Shown: piece by piece, positions 40,447 to 49,829 of the stretch
Position numbering within the stretch: position 1 is the first letter of the stretch
Layout: every line of letters starts with the position of its first letter
Assembly (NCBI GenBank): GCA_963699535.1
Contig: CAVOUJ010000018.1
Location: 16,417-80,416 of the forward strand
Length of the DNA: 64,000 nt
Source of the DNA: an uncultured beta proteobacterium
Lineage (GTDB): Bacteria > Pseudomonadota > Gammaproteobacteria > Burkholderiales > SG8-39
Reading direction: 5' to 3'
Made by a program: the position numbers and the translations under genes
Notes under the pieces: generated by a model
Told to the model about the DNA's origin: nothing
What the model saw: only the letters and a program-made list of their open reading frames with translations
The model's database searches: none

Positions 40447-40928
40447 GACGAGGTCTCTGCCAAATACTCTTCGAGGCGTCCCAGGTGCTGCTTCATCCCT
40501 TCGAAGGCCCCGTAGGTCTTGATGACGTAGTCGCGCGCCTTGGCCGACGGGAAGACCGAGTGCATGTCGAGGCGGGTCTTGCCGCCTTGCTCCACGAAGG
40601 TCACCGTCACGTGGAAATTCACGGGCTCAACTTCCTTGTCGCCGCCGTGCTTGTAGACGAGGCGTTCCGGCTTCACCACCTCGAGGTAGGTGATCTTGTT
40701 CCGGTAGTCTCGCCCGTCGGGGCCGTGCATCACAAAGCGCCACACCCCGCCCGGTTTCACCTCCATGCTGTGGGTCGTGGTGGTGAACCCGTTCGGGCCC
40801 CACCATTTCACGACGTGCTCCGGATCGGTCCAGACCCTCCAGACCAGCTCGCGTGGCGCGCTGAAGACGCGCGTCCCGTGGATCTCGCGGTCGCCGACCA
40901 ACGCGGCGCTCTCACTTTCTGCGGCCAT
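40443..40928 (-). CDS. SRPBCC/AHSA1 domain protein
   Basis: RVFSAPRELVW, WWGPNGF, MHGPDG. Confidence 0.87.
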   Translation of the reverse strand: MAAESESAALVGDREIHGTRVFSAPRELVWRVWTDPEHVVKWWGPNGFTTTTHSMEVKPGGVWRFVMHGPDGRDYRNKITYLEVVKPERLVYKHGGDKEVEPVNFHVTVTFVEQGGKTRLDMHSVFPSAKARDYVIKTYGAFEGMKQHLGRLEEYLAETSS

Positions 40929-42303
40929 GTTTCATCTCCTCGGTGATCAGATCGGCGAGACGGTCGAGGCTTTCGCTCCAGCCCTGGTTCTGGCCGCGGC
41001 CGGCCTCGCCCGGAGGCGTCGTCTGCCGCACGGTGAGCTTCGTCTTGCCGCCCTCCTCGGCGAACGTCACCGTGGTCACGAGCTCGTGGCCGGGAAGGTT
41101 GTCCAGGATCGCGGTGAAGACGATGCGCTCGGGTACTACGATCTCACGGTACACGCCTTGGAACGGGTAGTCCTGGCCGCCGGGTCCGCGCATTACGAAG
41201 CGATACGCGCCTCCCGGCCGGAAGTCCATCTCGCAGCCGGGCAGCGTGAAGCCTTTCGGTCCCCACCATCGCCTCACATGTGCGGGATCGCTCCACACCT
41301 TGAAGACCAGTTCGCGCGGCGCATCGAAAACGCGCGTGAGGATCATCTCGCCCGCGTGTCTGCCTTCGACGAAATCTTTCAGCGAAGTGCCGACGATCTC
41401 GGTCCAGCCTGCGACGAAATTCGCCTTTGCGAACGCGGGCAGCTTCGGGAAAGTCTCCAGGCCTGCGTGCGTCAGCCGCACCCGCGTATTGCTCCCCTGG
41501 GCGAACAGCTCGAAGGTCACCAGCGAGTCGCCCGCGTACCCCTCGTACCGCCACGTGTACGCCAGCCGCTTGTTGGGAATCGCCTCGGTTACCCTGCACC
41601 GATGAGAATACTTGGCTCCTTCGTCTCCGCCATAGAACTGGAATTCGAAGCCGACCACCGGCGCGAACTCGCGGATGTCGAAGGACCATTGCCTGATGTC
41701 CTCCTTGTCGGTGAGGGCCTTCCAGACCAGGGCGACCGGCGCATCGAAGGTGCGCTCGACGACGAGGGGCTCGTCCTGGGTCGCCAGCCGAACGTCCAGA
41801 CGCGCCCTCCTCAGGTCTTCGGCAAGCCGATCCAGGGATTCGCCCCAGCCTTGCTGGTACGCCTTCTGATTTTCCTTCGAAGCCCGCTCGAGGCCGGCGT
41901 GCTCCACGGTGACGGTCGTCTTGCCGTCGCGCTCGGTGAACGTCGCCGTGATCACCGACTCCTTCGGATGGCCCGGCGGCGGCTCGACGATGTTGCCGTG
42001 CTCATCCGAGAAGTAATCGGTGAAGACGAGGCGCTTTGGTTCGACGATTTCGCGGTACACGCCTTTGCCCCAGATTGCGTTGCCATCGGGTAGATTCACG
42101 CGAAAGTGAAGCGTGCCTCCCTCGCGGAGATCGACCTTGCAATAAGGCATGGTCGCGCCCTTCGGCTGGCCCCACCACTGCATGAGGTGCTCGCGCTCGG
42201 TCCACGCCTTGAAGACGAGGCGGCGCGGCGCGTCGAACACGCGCGTGAGAACAAGACCTCGCTGCTCGGGCTTGGCTGCGGCACTACTTTTTCTTGCGGC
42301 CAT
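40912..42303 (-). CDS. Triple SRPBCC/AHSA1 domain protein
   Basis: Three RxFDAP...GW.E repeats in one frame. Confidence 0.82.
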   Translation of the reverse strand: MAARKSSAAAKPEQRGLVLTRVFDAPRRLVFKAWTEREHLMQWWGQPKGATMPYCKVDLREGGTLHFRVNLPDGNAIWGKGVYREIVEPKRLVFTDYFSDEHGNIVEPPPGHPKESVITATFTERDGKTTVTVEHAGLERASKENQKAYQQGWGESLDRLAEDLRRARLDVRLATQDEPLVVERTFDAPVALVWKALTDKEDIRQWSFDIREFAPVVGFEFQFYGGDEGAKYSHRCRVTEAIPNKRLAYTWRYEGYAGDSLVTFELFAQGSNTRVRLTHAGLETFPKLPAFAKANFVAGWTEIVGTSLKDFVEGRHAGEMILTRVFDAPRELVFKVWSDPAHVRRWWGPKGFTLPGCEMDFRPGGAYRFVMRGPGGQDYPFQGVYREIVVPERIVFTAILDNLPGHELVTTVTFAEEGGKTKLTVRQTTPPGEAGRGQNQGWSESLDRLADLITEEMKHGRRK

Positions 42304-42637
42304 GTTCCTTCTCCTTGCGTTGCAGTTCCTTGAGGTAGGCGCCGAGCTTGTCGAAACTCTCCTCCCAATGGCGACGGTAGTACTCGACCCAGTCGGCGAC
42401 GCCCTTCAGCGGGGTCGCCTGGAGCCGGCAGGGCCGCCACTGCGCCTCTCGGCCGCGCGCGATCAAGCCCGCGCGCTCGAGCACCTTCAGATGCTTGGAG
42501 ACGGCGGGAAGGCTCATGTCGAAGGGCTCAGCCAGTTTCAGGACTGAGGTTTCGCCCGAGGCGAGCCGTGCGAGGATCGCGCGCCTTGTGGGATCGGCGA
42601 GAGCGGCAAAGGTCGAGCTGAGGCGATCGGGGGACAT
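42284..42637 (-). CDS. ArsR/SmtB family regulator
   Basis: FAALADPTRRAIL, PAVSKHLKVLE, GREAQWRPC. Confidence 0.9.
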   Translation of the reverse strand: MSPDRLSSTFAALADPTRRAILARLASGETSVLKLAEPFDMSLPAVSKHLKVLERAGLIARGREAQWRPCRLQATPLKGVADWVEYYRRHWEESFDKLGAYLKELQRKEKEHGRKKK

Positions 42638-42661
42638 GCAATGAATATCGGTAAACTGTAA

Positions 42662-42699
42662 TTAACCTATAGGTTAAATACAAACCCGCCCCTTGTCAA
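42662..42699 (-). promoter_or_regulatory. ArsR promoter/operator
   Basis: Perfect 16-bp palindrome TTAACCTATAGGTTAA (42662-42677) downstream of a minus-strand TTGACA (42694-42699). Confidence 0.75.
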
Positions 42700-42872
42700 A
42701 TAAGGTAGACCGGCCCGACACCTCGGACAGTTCATGCCGAGCCAGCGCTTAGTCCTTGACCCGGCGCCCGACCCACAGCGGACGCGGCGGCCGCTAACCC
42801 CTTTTGTCGGGCGCGGCCGGATCGATGTACAATCCACCGGTCGAGTAGACCACCACCAACCAGGGGAGGGAC

Positions 42873-43367
42873 GTGGCCCACCTGGATTTAGCGACGGAGA
42901 TCATCGTCTCCGAGAGCCGCCGCGCCCGAGGGCGAGGATTGGGGCGGCCGCTTGGGCTGCGCACGGATGTCATCCTGAGTTACGGCGAGCGGCGCCGAGT
43001 CGAAGAGCTTGCCGCGTTCGACTTCACCCTGGTGCGCAATCGGCTGGTCCAGCAGGGATTGCTGCCCGAGGAGTGGGCCGATATGGCCATCCTGGAGTTT
43101 CGGCGCTATCTGGCCTTGCGATTGCTGAGCCCGGGCCCCGTCATGATGCTCAGTGCCGTCGTCGACGAGGTCTGGCACGCGAGCATCCTCTTCACACGGC
43201 TATACGCGGACCTGTGCCAGCGCGTCCTCGGCTACTTCTTGCACCACGACCCGGAGATGCAGCCCATCGCGGACCCTGGCGCCGAATGGCGGGTCTTCGA
43301 AGAACGCTACACCGCCCTGTTTGGGGCACCGGGACCGCTCTGGCAAGCGTGGCAGCCTCTGGAGTAA
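42873..43367 (+). CDS. GRDP/DUF1399-like domain protein (stand-alone)
   Basis: EFRRYLAL...SAVVDEVWHASILFTRLYADLCQRVLGYFLHHDP...FEERYTALFG; RBS GGGAGG; upstream TTGTCG-18-TACAAT. Confidence 0.7.
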   Translation: MAHLDLATEIIVSESRRARGRGLGRPLGLRTDVILSYGERRRVEELAAFDFTLVRNRLVQQGLLPEEWADMAILEFRRYLALRLLSPGPVMMLSAVVDEVWHASILFTRLYADLCQRVLGYFLHHDPEMQPIADPGAEWRVFEERYTALFGAPGPLWQAWQPLE

Positions 43368-43397
43368 CACCGGAAAACATCAAAAGGAGGAAAACTG

Positions 43398-43943
43398 ATG
43401 GCACAGCTCAAGCTCGATCTCAATAACGCCAGCACAGGTGATCCCATCCAGGTGGAGGCGCGCTCCGCACTCACCGTGCCCGAGGCCATCGACCGACGTA
43501 CCATTCGACAGGCGATCATGACGCAACTGCTGATCGAAATCGCCGACGAGATCATCAATAAGGGTGCGAGGCTCGAGGTGGTGCGCGAGGATGGAGAGGT
43601 CGTCAAGAGCAACCTCATGACTCTCTACAATAGCAATCAGCTCCCCTTGCTCCGTGCCCTTATCAAGGACCCGGAGGCCGCATTCAACGCGCGCCGCAAC
43701 AAGCTCTTTGTCGAAGAAAACCCCAAAGACCCTTCTGCCCCTCCTGCCCGTAAGCCTTTTGGCTCGATCAACCTAGCCGTCTTTCGGAATGCAATGGCCC
43801 TCGGCGACGGCAAGTCGCCCCTCAAGCCCGAACAGGTCGAAGAGGTGGCGAAGCGCGTGATGATACGGGCTGGCCGGTCCAGCGGCTACGGAAAACGGTT
43901 GAGCGAAGCCTACGACGATCGTGGTTTCGCAGGGTGCAAATAG
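43398..43943 (+). CDS. Hypothetical protein with no recognised family, ends ...GFAGCK
   Basis: Strong RBS AAGGAGG, 30 nt after the upstream gene, natural amino-acid composition. Confidence 0.75.
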   Translation: MAQLKLDLNNASTGDPIQVEARSALTVPEAIDRRTIRQAIMTQLLIEIADEIINKGARLEVVREDGEVVKSNLMTLYNSNQLPLLRALIKDPEAAFNARRNKLFVEENPKDPSAPPARKPFGSINLAVFRNAMALGDGKSPLKPEQVEEVAKRVMIRAGRSSGYGKRLSEAYDDRGFAGCK

Positions 43944-43959
43944 AAGCTGGCGAGCCCGA

Positions 43960-45087
43960 TCATCTGTCTACTGACCTGGCGCCAGGTGATGCAGCCCTGG
44001 GGCCGGGCGCCTGCCGCGGTTCGCGGGAAGCGCTCGTTCCCAGGAACTCCGTGACCTGAAGGGCGATGCTGTCCGGGAGGGTGATGCCGAGACCCCGAGC
44101 GGTCTCCAGGTTGACGACCAAGATGAATGTGCTCGGCTGTTCGACCGGAAGCTCGGCGGGGTTAGCACCGCGGAGGATCTTGTCGACGTGGGTGGCGGCG
44201 CGACGGTAGAGGTCGGGAAGGTTGGGGCCGTACGACATGAGCCCGCCCGCGACGACATACGGACGCAGATCGTGCACGGTCGCCATGCGATGCTCGCGCG
44301 CGAAGCGAGCGATCTCCGCCCGCCTGGCAAAGAAGAGCTGATCGCCCAGCGGAACAATCGCGCCCACTCGCTCTGACTTCGCACTCTGCAGGGCGGCCGC
44401 CAGCTCCTCGGGGGCTCGGACGCGGCGGGCGACGACGTGGATGTTCGAAGCTGAGGCCGCGGCCTCCGTCTCTCGCAGGCCGGCCTGGGCGCTCGAATTG
44501 TCCGGGTTCCACAGGACCAAGATGCGTCGGATCGAAGGCATCGTCTCTTTGAGCAAGACGAGCCGCTTGGCCGCCAGCCCCGGGGCGAGCAGGCTCATCC
44601 CGGTAATGTTGCCCCCAGGCCGTGCCAGGCTCTTCACGAACCCCGACTCCACCGGGTCACCGCTATTCGTCATGACGATTGGAATCGAGCGGGTGGCTTT
44701 CTGTGCCGCCTCGGTTGGGACGGTCCCGCCCGTGACGATGACATCGACACCCAGTCGAACGAGGTCTTCCGCGGCCGCACGCACGAGGTCGGAGTCGGAA
44801 CCCGTGTAACGATACTCGACCGTCAGATTCACTCCGTCGACCCACCCGTGCTCCTCCATGCCCTGGAGAAAGTTGCGGGTTCCGCTCAAACGCGGGTCGG
44901 GATCCTCTGGGGCCATGAAGCCAATGCGTACCATCTTGGGCGGGGTTTTGGTCGGGGCTGGCGTGGCGCCCGGTTTTGGAGTCGGCGAGGGCGTGGAGTC
45001 GCACCCGCTGAGCAGGCTCACAGCAAGCAGGCAGGCGCAGCTCAGGGAAAGAGCGCCGCGCCAGAACGGTCCCGACTTGGGCTTCAC
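43960..45087 (-). CDS. ABC transporter substrate-binding lipoprotein (ABC_sub_bind/COG2984)
   Basis: Lipobox LSGC, DPVESGFVKSLARPGGNITG, GGLMSYG, LPVEQP. Confidence 0.85.
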   Translation of the reverse strand: MKPKSGPFWRGALSLSCACLLAVSLLSGCDSTPSPTPKPGATPAPTKTPPKMVRIGFMAPEDPDPRLSGTRNFLQGMEEHGWVDGVNLTVEYRYTGSDSDLVRAAAEDLVRLGVDVIVTGGTVPTEAAQKATRSIPIVMTNSGDPVESGFVKSLARPGGNITGMSLLAPGLAAKRLVLLKETMPSIRRILVLWNPDNSSAQAGLRETEAAASASNIHVVARRVRAPEELAAALQSAKSERVGAIVPLGDQLFFARRAEIARFAREHRMATVHDLRPYVVAGGLMSYGPNLPDLYRRAATHVDKILRGANPAELPVEQPSTFILVVNLETARGLGITLPDSIALQVTEFLGTSASREPRQAPGPRAASPGARSVDR

Positions 45088-45156
45088 AAGGGGTCTTCCT
45101 TGGTCGCGTCCACCGGCGAGTATAGTCCTCCGTCTGTCGGACGTTGCAGGCCCCGC

Positions 45157-46722
45157 TCAGTCGCGTGAGCGCGGCCCGCTCCGTTGGACTTTGCCGCCCG
45201 GGCCCCGGGGCAGCTCGGAGACCACGTCGACCCGCCGCAGGCGCTTGTGCTCAGCCAGGCGATCCGCGGCGTGCGCGATCAAGGCTTCGCCACTCACCTC
45301 GTGTCCGGGGCGCAGCACGACGTAGGCCCGCGGCACTTCGCCGTAACGCGGCGAGCGCATCGGGACCACGACCGCGTCTGCGACCGCAGGGTGCTCCAGC
45401 AGGGCTGCTTCGACCTCCGCGGGAGCGACCGGCAGGCCTCCCACCTTGAGCATCTGTTTCGTCCGTCCGACGATGACCAGATGACCGCGAGCGTCCTGGC
45501 GGGCCAGATCGCCGGTGCGCATCCAGCCGTCGAGGCCAAATGTCGCCGCAGTCGCCTCCGGCTGGTTCCAGTAGCCGACGGCGACCTGCGGGCCGCGGAT
45601 GAGCACCTCGCCGATCTCGCCCGTCGCGACGTCGGCGTCAGTCCCGGGAATGATGATCCGCTCCTCCGTGTCGGGTACCGGGCAGCCCACTGAGGTGGCG
45701 TTCACTTCTCCGAGAGGCACGCGATTGGCCGCCCCGCCAGTCTCGGTGAGATGGTAGGCTTGGACCACCGGGCAATGGAACGCGCGCTCCGCCAGGCTCG
45801 CAGTAGAGGGCGGCAAGGGCTCGCCGCCGGTTTCGATCACGCGCAGCGTCGGCGTCGCCTGCGGTGAGCTGAGCGCGCGCTCGGCCAACTGGCGCAGGTA
45901 CGTGGGCCGCACCATGAGATGGGTGGCGTGGTGCGCTCCGAACATGGCCAGCGTCTCGTCGGCCTCGAGCCAGCTCTGCGCGATGGCGGTAGCGCCCTGT
46001 GCGAACACCAGGCGAATCGAGTTAGAGAACAAGCGGAGGGTCATGACGATGCTGTCGGGGGTCACCCAACCGGTCGCCGCGAGCTGGCGGCTCGATGCGG
46101 TGAGGTTTGTGTGCGTGAGCATGGCCCCTTTCGGCAGCCCGGATGTGCCGCTGGAATACGGCAGCAGTGCGATGTCTCGCAGTGGGTCGATCACCACCTC
46201 GTCCGGGTCGTGGCGCTCAGCCTTCTGCAGCTCCCAGATGTCTTCGAGGGCGCGAATCCACCGGACGCTGTCGAGCTCACCCAGGATGGCGAGCTGCTCG
46301 ATGGTCCACAAGAGCGGCGCGGGCGCCACGGCCACGACGGCGTTGGCATCGGTCAGATGTGCCAGCAGCTCCCGTTCCTTCAGTTTCGCATTGAAGGTCG
46401 TGACCCGCGCACCGGCCAGGAAGGCGCCGTACATCGCGACGACGAGCTCACGCGTCGCCGCCGCCCCGAGTGCCACGGTCTCGCCGGGGGCGAGATTGGC
46501 TTCCCGCTGCAGCAGCGCGGCCACGCGTCGTGCGCCTTCCCACAGGTCACGATACGTCGACCGCGTCCCGGCGGCGTCGATCAGGGCGATCTTATCGGGG
46601 AAGCGCTCCGCCCCACGCCGCAGATCCGCCCATGCGGGCTCCTCCGGGTAAGGGCGCAGGGAACGCCAGGGACTTCGCAGCACCGGAGCAGACCACTCTA
46701 GTGCCAGGTTCACCTTGACCAT
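45157..46722 (-). CDS. AMP-binding acyl-CoA ligase (class I adenylate-forming)
   Basis: YSSGTSGLPKG, GGEPL, YHLTETG, RTGDL, GRTKQMLK, GKV. Confidence 0.85.
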   Translation of the reverse strand: MVKVNLALEWSAPVLRSPWRSLRPYPEEPAWADLRRGAERFPDKIALIDAAGTRSTYRDLWEGARRVAALLQREANLAPGETVALGAAATRELVVAMYGAFLAGARVTTFNAKLKERELLAHLTDANAVVAVAPAPLLWTIEQLAILGELDSVRWIRALEDIWELQKAERHDPDEVVIDPLRDIALLPYSSGTSGLPKGAMLTHTNLTASSRQLAATGWVTPDSIVMTLRLFSNSIRLVFAQGATAIAQSWLEADETLAMFGAHHATHLMVRPTYLRQLAERALSSPQATPTLRVIETGGEPLPPSTASLAERAFHCPVVQAYHLTETGGAANRVPLGEVNATSVGCPVPDTEERIIIPGTDADVATGEIGEVLIRGPQVAVGYWNQPEATAATFGLDGWMRTGDLARQDARGHLVIVGRTKQMLKVGGLPVAPAEVEAALLEHPAVADAVVVPMRSPRYGEVPRAYVVLRPGHEVSGEALIAHAADRLAEHKRLRRVDVVSELPRGPGGKVQRSGPRSRD

Positions 46723-46846
46723 CTTAACCTTGGCTCGCCATCACAGATTGCGGCCCTCGGCCGAGAGGGCGCCGCCGGCGAAGTGTTCTTGATGAGGACC
46801 GCTGACCGGGTGGTCGTCTGATTTCTTCATGGTTCGGCTCCCGAGG

Positions 46847-46955
46847 CTATCGACCGGCGTAGGCCTTCTTCAAGCCTTCGATGTCGATTTTCTTCTTCTT
46901 CAACATCGCCTGCATGACTCTTTTGGATTTCTCGGGATCGGGATCGCCCAGGTGG
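46847..46955 (-). pseudogene. C-terminal remnant of a PhnB-like VOC protein
   Basis: [34 protein letters not shown] with no N-terminal part. Confidence 0.6.
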
Positions 46956-47025
46956 CGCCTCAGTCCGGCCCGTCGCCACTGGGGGCAGACGCACAGTTGA
47001 AGCTGCGCCCGCAGAAGCCTCCGGT

Positions 47026-47798
47026 CTATGTCTTCAGCCGATACCCGGTTCTGAAGATCCACGCCACGACGGCGAGCGACACCGCGAGGAACACGGCCGT
47101 CACGAGCGAGGCTCACGCCGACGCCGACGTCGGCGATCCCGTAGAAGCTCCAGCGGAATCCGCTCACGAGGTAGACCACGGGGTTGAACAGCGACACCGT
47201 CTGCCAGAACGGCGGCAGCATGTCGATGGAGTAGAAGCTGCCGCCGAGAAACGTCAGCGGCGTGATGATCAGGAGCGGTATGGCCTGGAGCTTCTCGAAA
47301 CCGTCCGCCCAGATGCCGATGATGAAGCCGATCAGGCTGAAGGTCACCGAGGTCAGCACCAGGAACAGGATCATCCAGACCGGATGCTCGATCCTGAGCG
47401 GCACCAGCAGCGCCGCGGTCGCGAGGATGATGAGGCCGAGGACGACCGATTTGGTCGCGGCCGCCCCCACGTAGCTCACCACGATCTCGAGATAGGACAC
47501 CGGCGCCGACAGCAGCTCGTAGATGGTCCCGGTGAACTTCGGGAAAGTAGATGCCGAACGATGCATTGGAGATGCTCTGCGTCAGGAGCGACAGCATGAT
47601 CAGCCCCGGCACGATGAAGGCGCCGTAGCTGACGCCCTCGACCTCGGGGATGCGCCCGCCGATCGCCGCGCCGAAGACGACGAAGTACAAGGCCGTCGAA
47701 ATCACCGGGGCGATGATGCTCTGCATCAGCGTGCGCCGCGTGCGCGCCATCTCGAACTTGTAGATCGCGCGGATCGCGTAGAGGTTCATGCCGCTCAT
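47026..47798 (-). CDS. ABC-2 permease (YadH-like), two frameshifts
   Basis: [43 protein letters not shown]. Confidence 0.82.
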
Positions 47799-48721
47799 TT
47801 CTTCTCTCTCACCAGGGTGACGAAGATGTCCTCGAGCGAGCTTTGCGTCGTGTGGAGGTCCTTGAACCGGATGCCCGCCCCGGTCAGCGCGTACAGCATC
47901 GCGGCGATCCCGGCCCGATCGCCCCGCTCCTCGTACGTATAGATCAACTCGGCTCCATCCTTCGCCAGCTCGAGGTTGTAGGCGGAGAGCGCGGGCGGAA
48001 TGCCCTCCAGCGTCTTCTCCAGGTGCAGCGTCAGCTGCTTCTTGCCGAGCTTGCGCATCAGCTCGGCCTTGTCTTCCACGAGGATGATCTCGCCTTTGTT
48101 GATTACCCCGATCCTGTCGGCCATCTCTTCGGCCTCGTCGATGTAATGGGTGGTGAGGATGATGGTCACGCCGGCGGCCTGGAGGGAACGCACCAGCTTC
48201 CACATCTCCTGTCTCAGCTCGACGTCGACGCCCGCGGTCGGCTCGTCCAGGAACAGGATCCGCGGCTCGTGCGACAGCGCCTTGGCGATGAGCAGGCGCC
48301 GCTTCATGCCGCCCGAGAGGGTCATCACCTTGCTGTCCTTCCTTGCCCAAAGGGACAGGTCCTTCAGCACCTTTTCGATGTGCGCGGGATCGGCCGGCTT
48401 GCCGAAGAGTCCGCGGCTGAAGGACACGGTGTTCCACACCGATTCGAACGCGTCGGTCGTCAGCTCCTGCGGCACGAGACCGATCAGGCTGCGCGCGGCC
48501 CGGTAGTCGGCGACGATGTCGTGGCCGTCCACGAGAATCTTCCCCTGGCTCGGATTGACAATCCCGCAGATGATGCCGATCAGCGTCGTCTTCCCCGCGC
48601 CGTTGGGACCGAGCAGCGCGAAGATCTCCCCGCGGCGAATCTCCAGGTTGATGCGCTTGAGTGCCTGGAGACCGGAGGCGTAGGTTTTCGAGAGGTTCGC
48701 TACCGAGATGATCGGTTGCAT
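47795..48721 (-). CDS. ABC transporter ATP-binding protein (YadG-like)
   Basis: [26 protein letters not shown]. Confidence 0.9.
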   Translation of the reverse strand: MQPIISVANLSKTYASGLQALKRINLEIRRGEIFALLGPNGAGKTTLIGIICGIVNPSQGKILVDGHDIVADYRAARSLIGLVPQELTTDAFESVWNTVSFSRGLFGKPADPAHIEKVLKDLSLWARKDSKVMTLSGGMKRRLLIAKALSHEPRILFLDEPTAGVDVELRQEMWKLVRSLQAAGVTIILTTHYIDEAEEMADRIGVINKGEIILVEDKAELMRKLGKKQLTLHLEKTLEGIPPALSAYNLELAKDGAELIYTYEERGDRAGIAAMLYALTGAGIRFKDLHTTQSSLEDIFVTLVREKK

Positions 48722-48746
48722 GAGTGCTGTGCTTCAGGTGGACGGC

Positions 48747-49829
48747 TCAAAGCCTCGCCAGAATGCGGAGGCCCTCGGCGATGCGCTCGATCTCGCGGAT
48801 CTTCAAAGCCTTGGCCTGCGAAAGCTCGGTCAGCTCAGGCAAGTGGAACATTCCACGCCCGGAGTCGCCGATGATGCTCGGCGCAAGGTAGACGAGCAGC
48901 TCGTCCACCACGCCCGCCTGGAGCAGCGAGCCGTTCAGCTTGGTTCCCGCTTCGACGTGGATCTCGTTCAGCTCCCGCCGCGCGAGTTCTTCCATCAGCT
49001 TGAAGAGCTCGACCTTGCCTCGGTCGTTCGGGATGATGACGATCTCCGCACCGGCCGACTTGAGCGCGGCGATTCTCTCCTCATCGTTCACGGCGCCGGC
49101 GATGAGCGTCTTCCCGTCCTTGAGAAGACGCGCCGAGGGTAGAGTCTCGAACTTCGAATCGACGACGATCTTGAGCGGCTGCCTCGGCGTGTCGATTCCG
49201 CGCACGTTGAGCTGCGGATCGTCGTCCCGGACGGTGCCGAAGCCGGCGAGTACCGCGCAGGCGCGCGCCCGCCAGCGGTGGCCGTCCGCCCTCGCCGCCT
49301 CACCCGTGATCCACTGGCTCTTGCCGTTCGCGAGCGCGGTGCGGCCGTCCAGGCTCGCCGCGATCTTCATGCGCACCCAGGGCCGGCCGCGCGTCATGCG
49401 CGCGACAAAGCCGATGTTGAGCTCGCGCGCCTCGTCTTCCCTCAAGCCCTGCTCGACCGCGATCCCCGCCGCGCGCAGCTTCGCAAAACCCGCGCCCGCG
49501 ACTTTCGGGTTCGGGTCCCGCATCGCGGCGACGACACGCGCAATGCCCGCCGCGACGATGGCGTCGGCGCAGGGCGGGGTGCGTCCGTGATGGCTGCAGG
49601 GCTCGAGGTTGAGATAGAGCGTCGCCCCGCGGGCCTTCGCACCGGCAGCCTGGAGCGCGAGCACCTCTGCGTGCGGCATCCCCGCCTTCTCGTGCCAGCC
49701 TTCGCCCACGACCGCGCCGTCCCTGACGATCACGCAACCGACGCGCGGATTGGGGGTCGTCGTATACAGGCCGCGCCCGGCGAGCGCCAGCGCCCGCCCC
49801 ATGAGCTCGTGGTCGGCGGCGGAGAACAT
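48747..49829 (-). CDS. ribD: Riboflavin biosynthesis deaminase/reductase
   Basis: [34 protein letters not shown]. Confidence 0.93.
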   Translation of the reverse strand: MFSAADHELMGRALALAGRGLYTTTPNPRVGCVIVRDGAVVGEGWHEKAGMPHAEVLALQAAGAKARGATLYLNLEPCSHHGRTPPCADAIVAAGIARVVAAMRDPNPKVAGAGFAKLRAAGIAVEQGLREDEARELNIGFVARMTRGRPWVRMKIAASLDGRTALANGKSQWITGEAARADGHRWRARACAVLAGFGTVRDDDPQLNVRGIDTPRQPLKIVVDSKFETLPSARLLKDGKTLIAGAVNDEERIAALKSAGAEIVIIPNDRGKVELFKLMEELARRELNEIHVEAGTKLNGSLLQAGVVDELLVYLAPSIIGDSGRGMFHLPELTELSQAKALKIREIERIAEGLRILARL

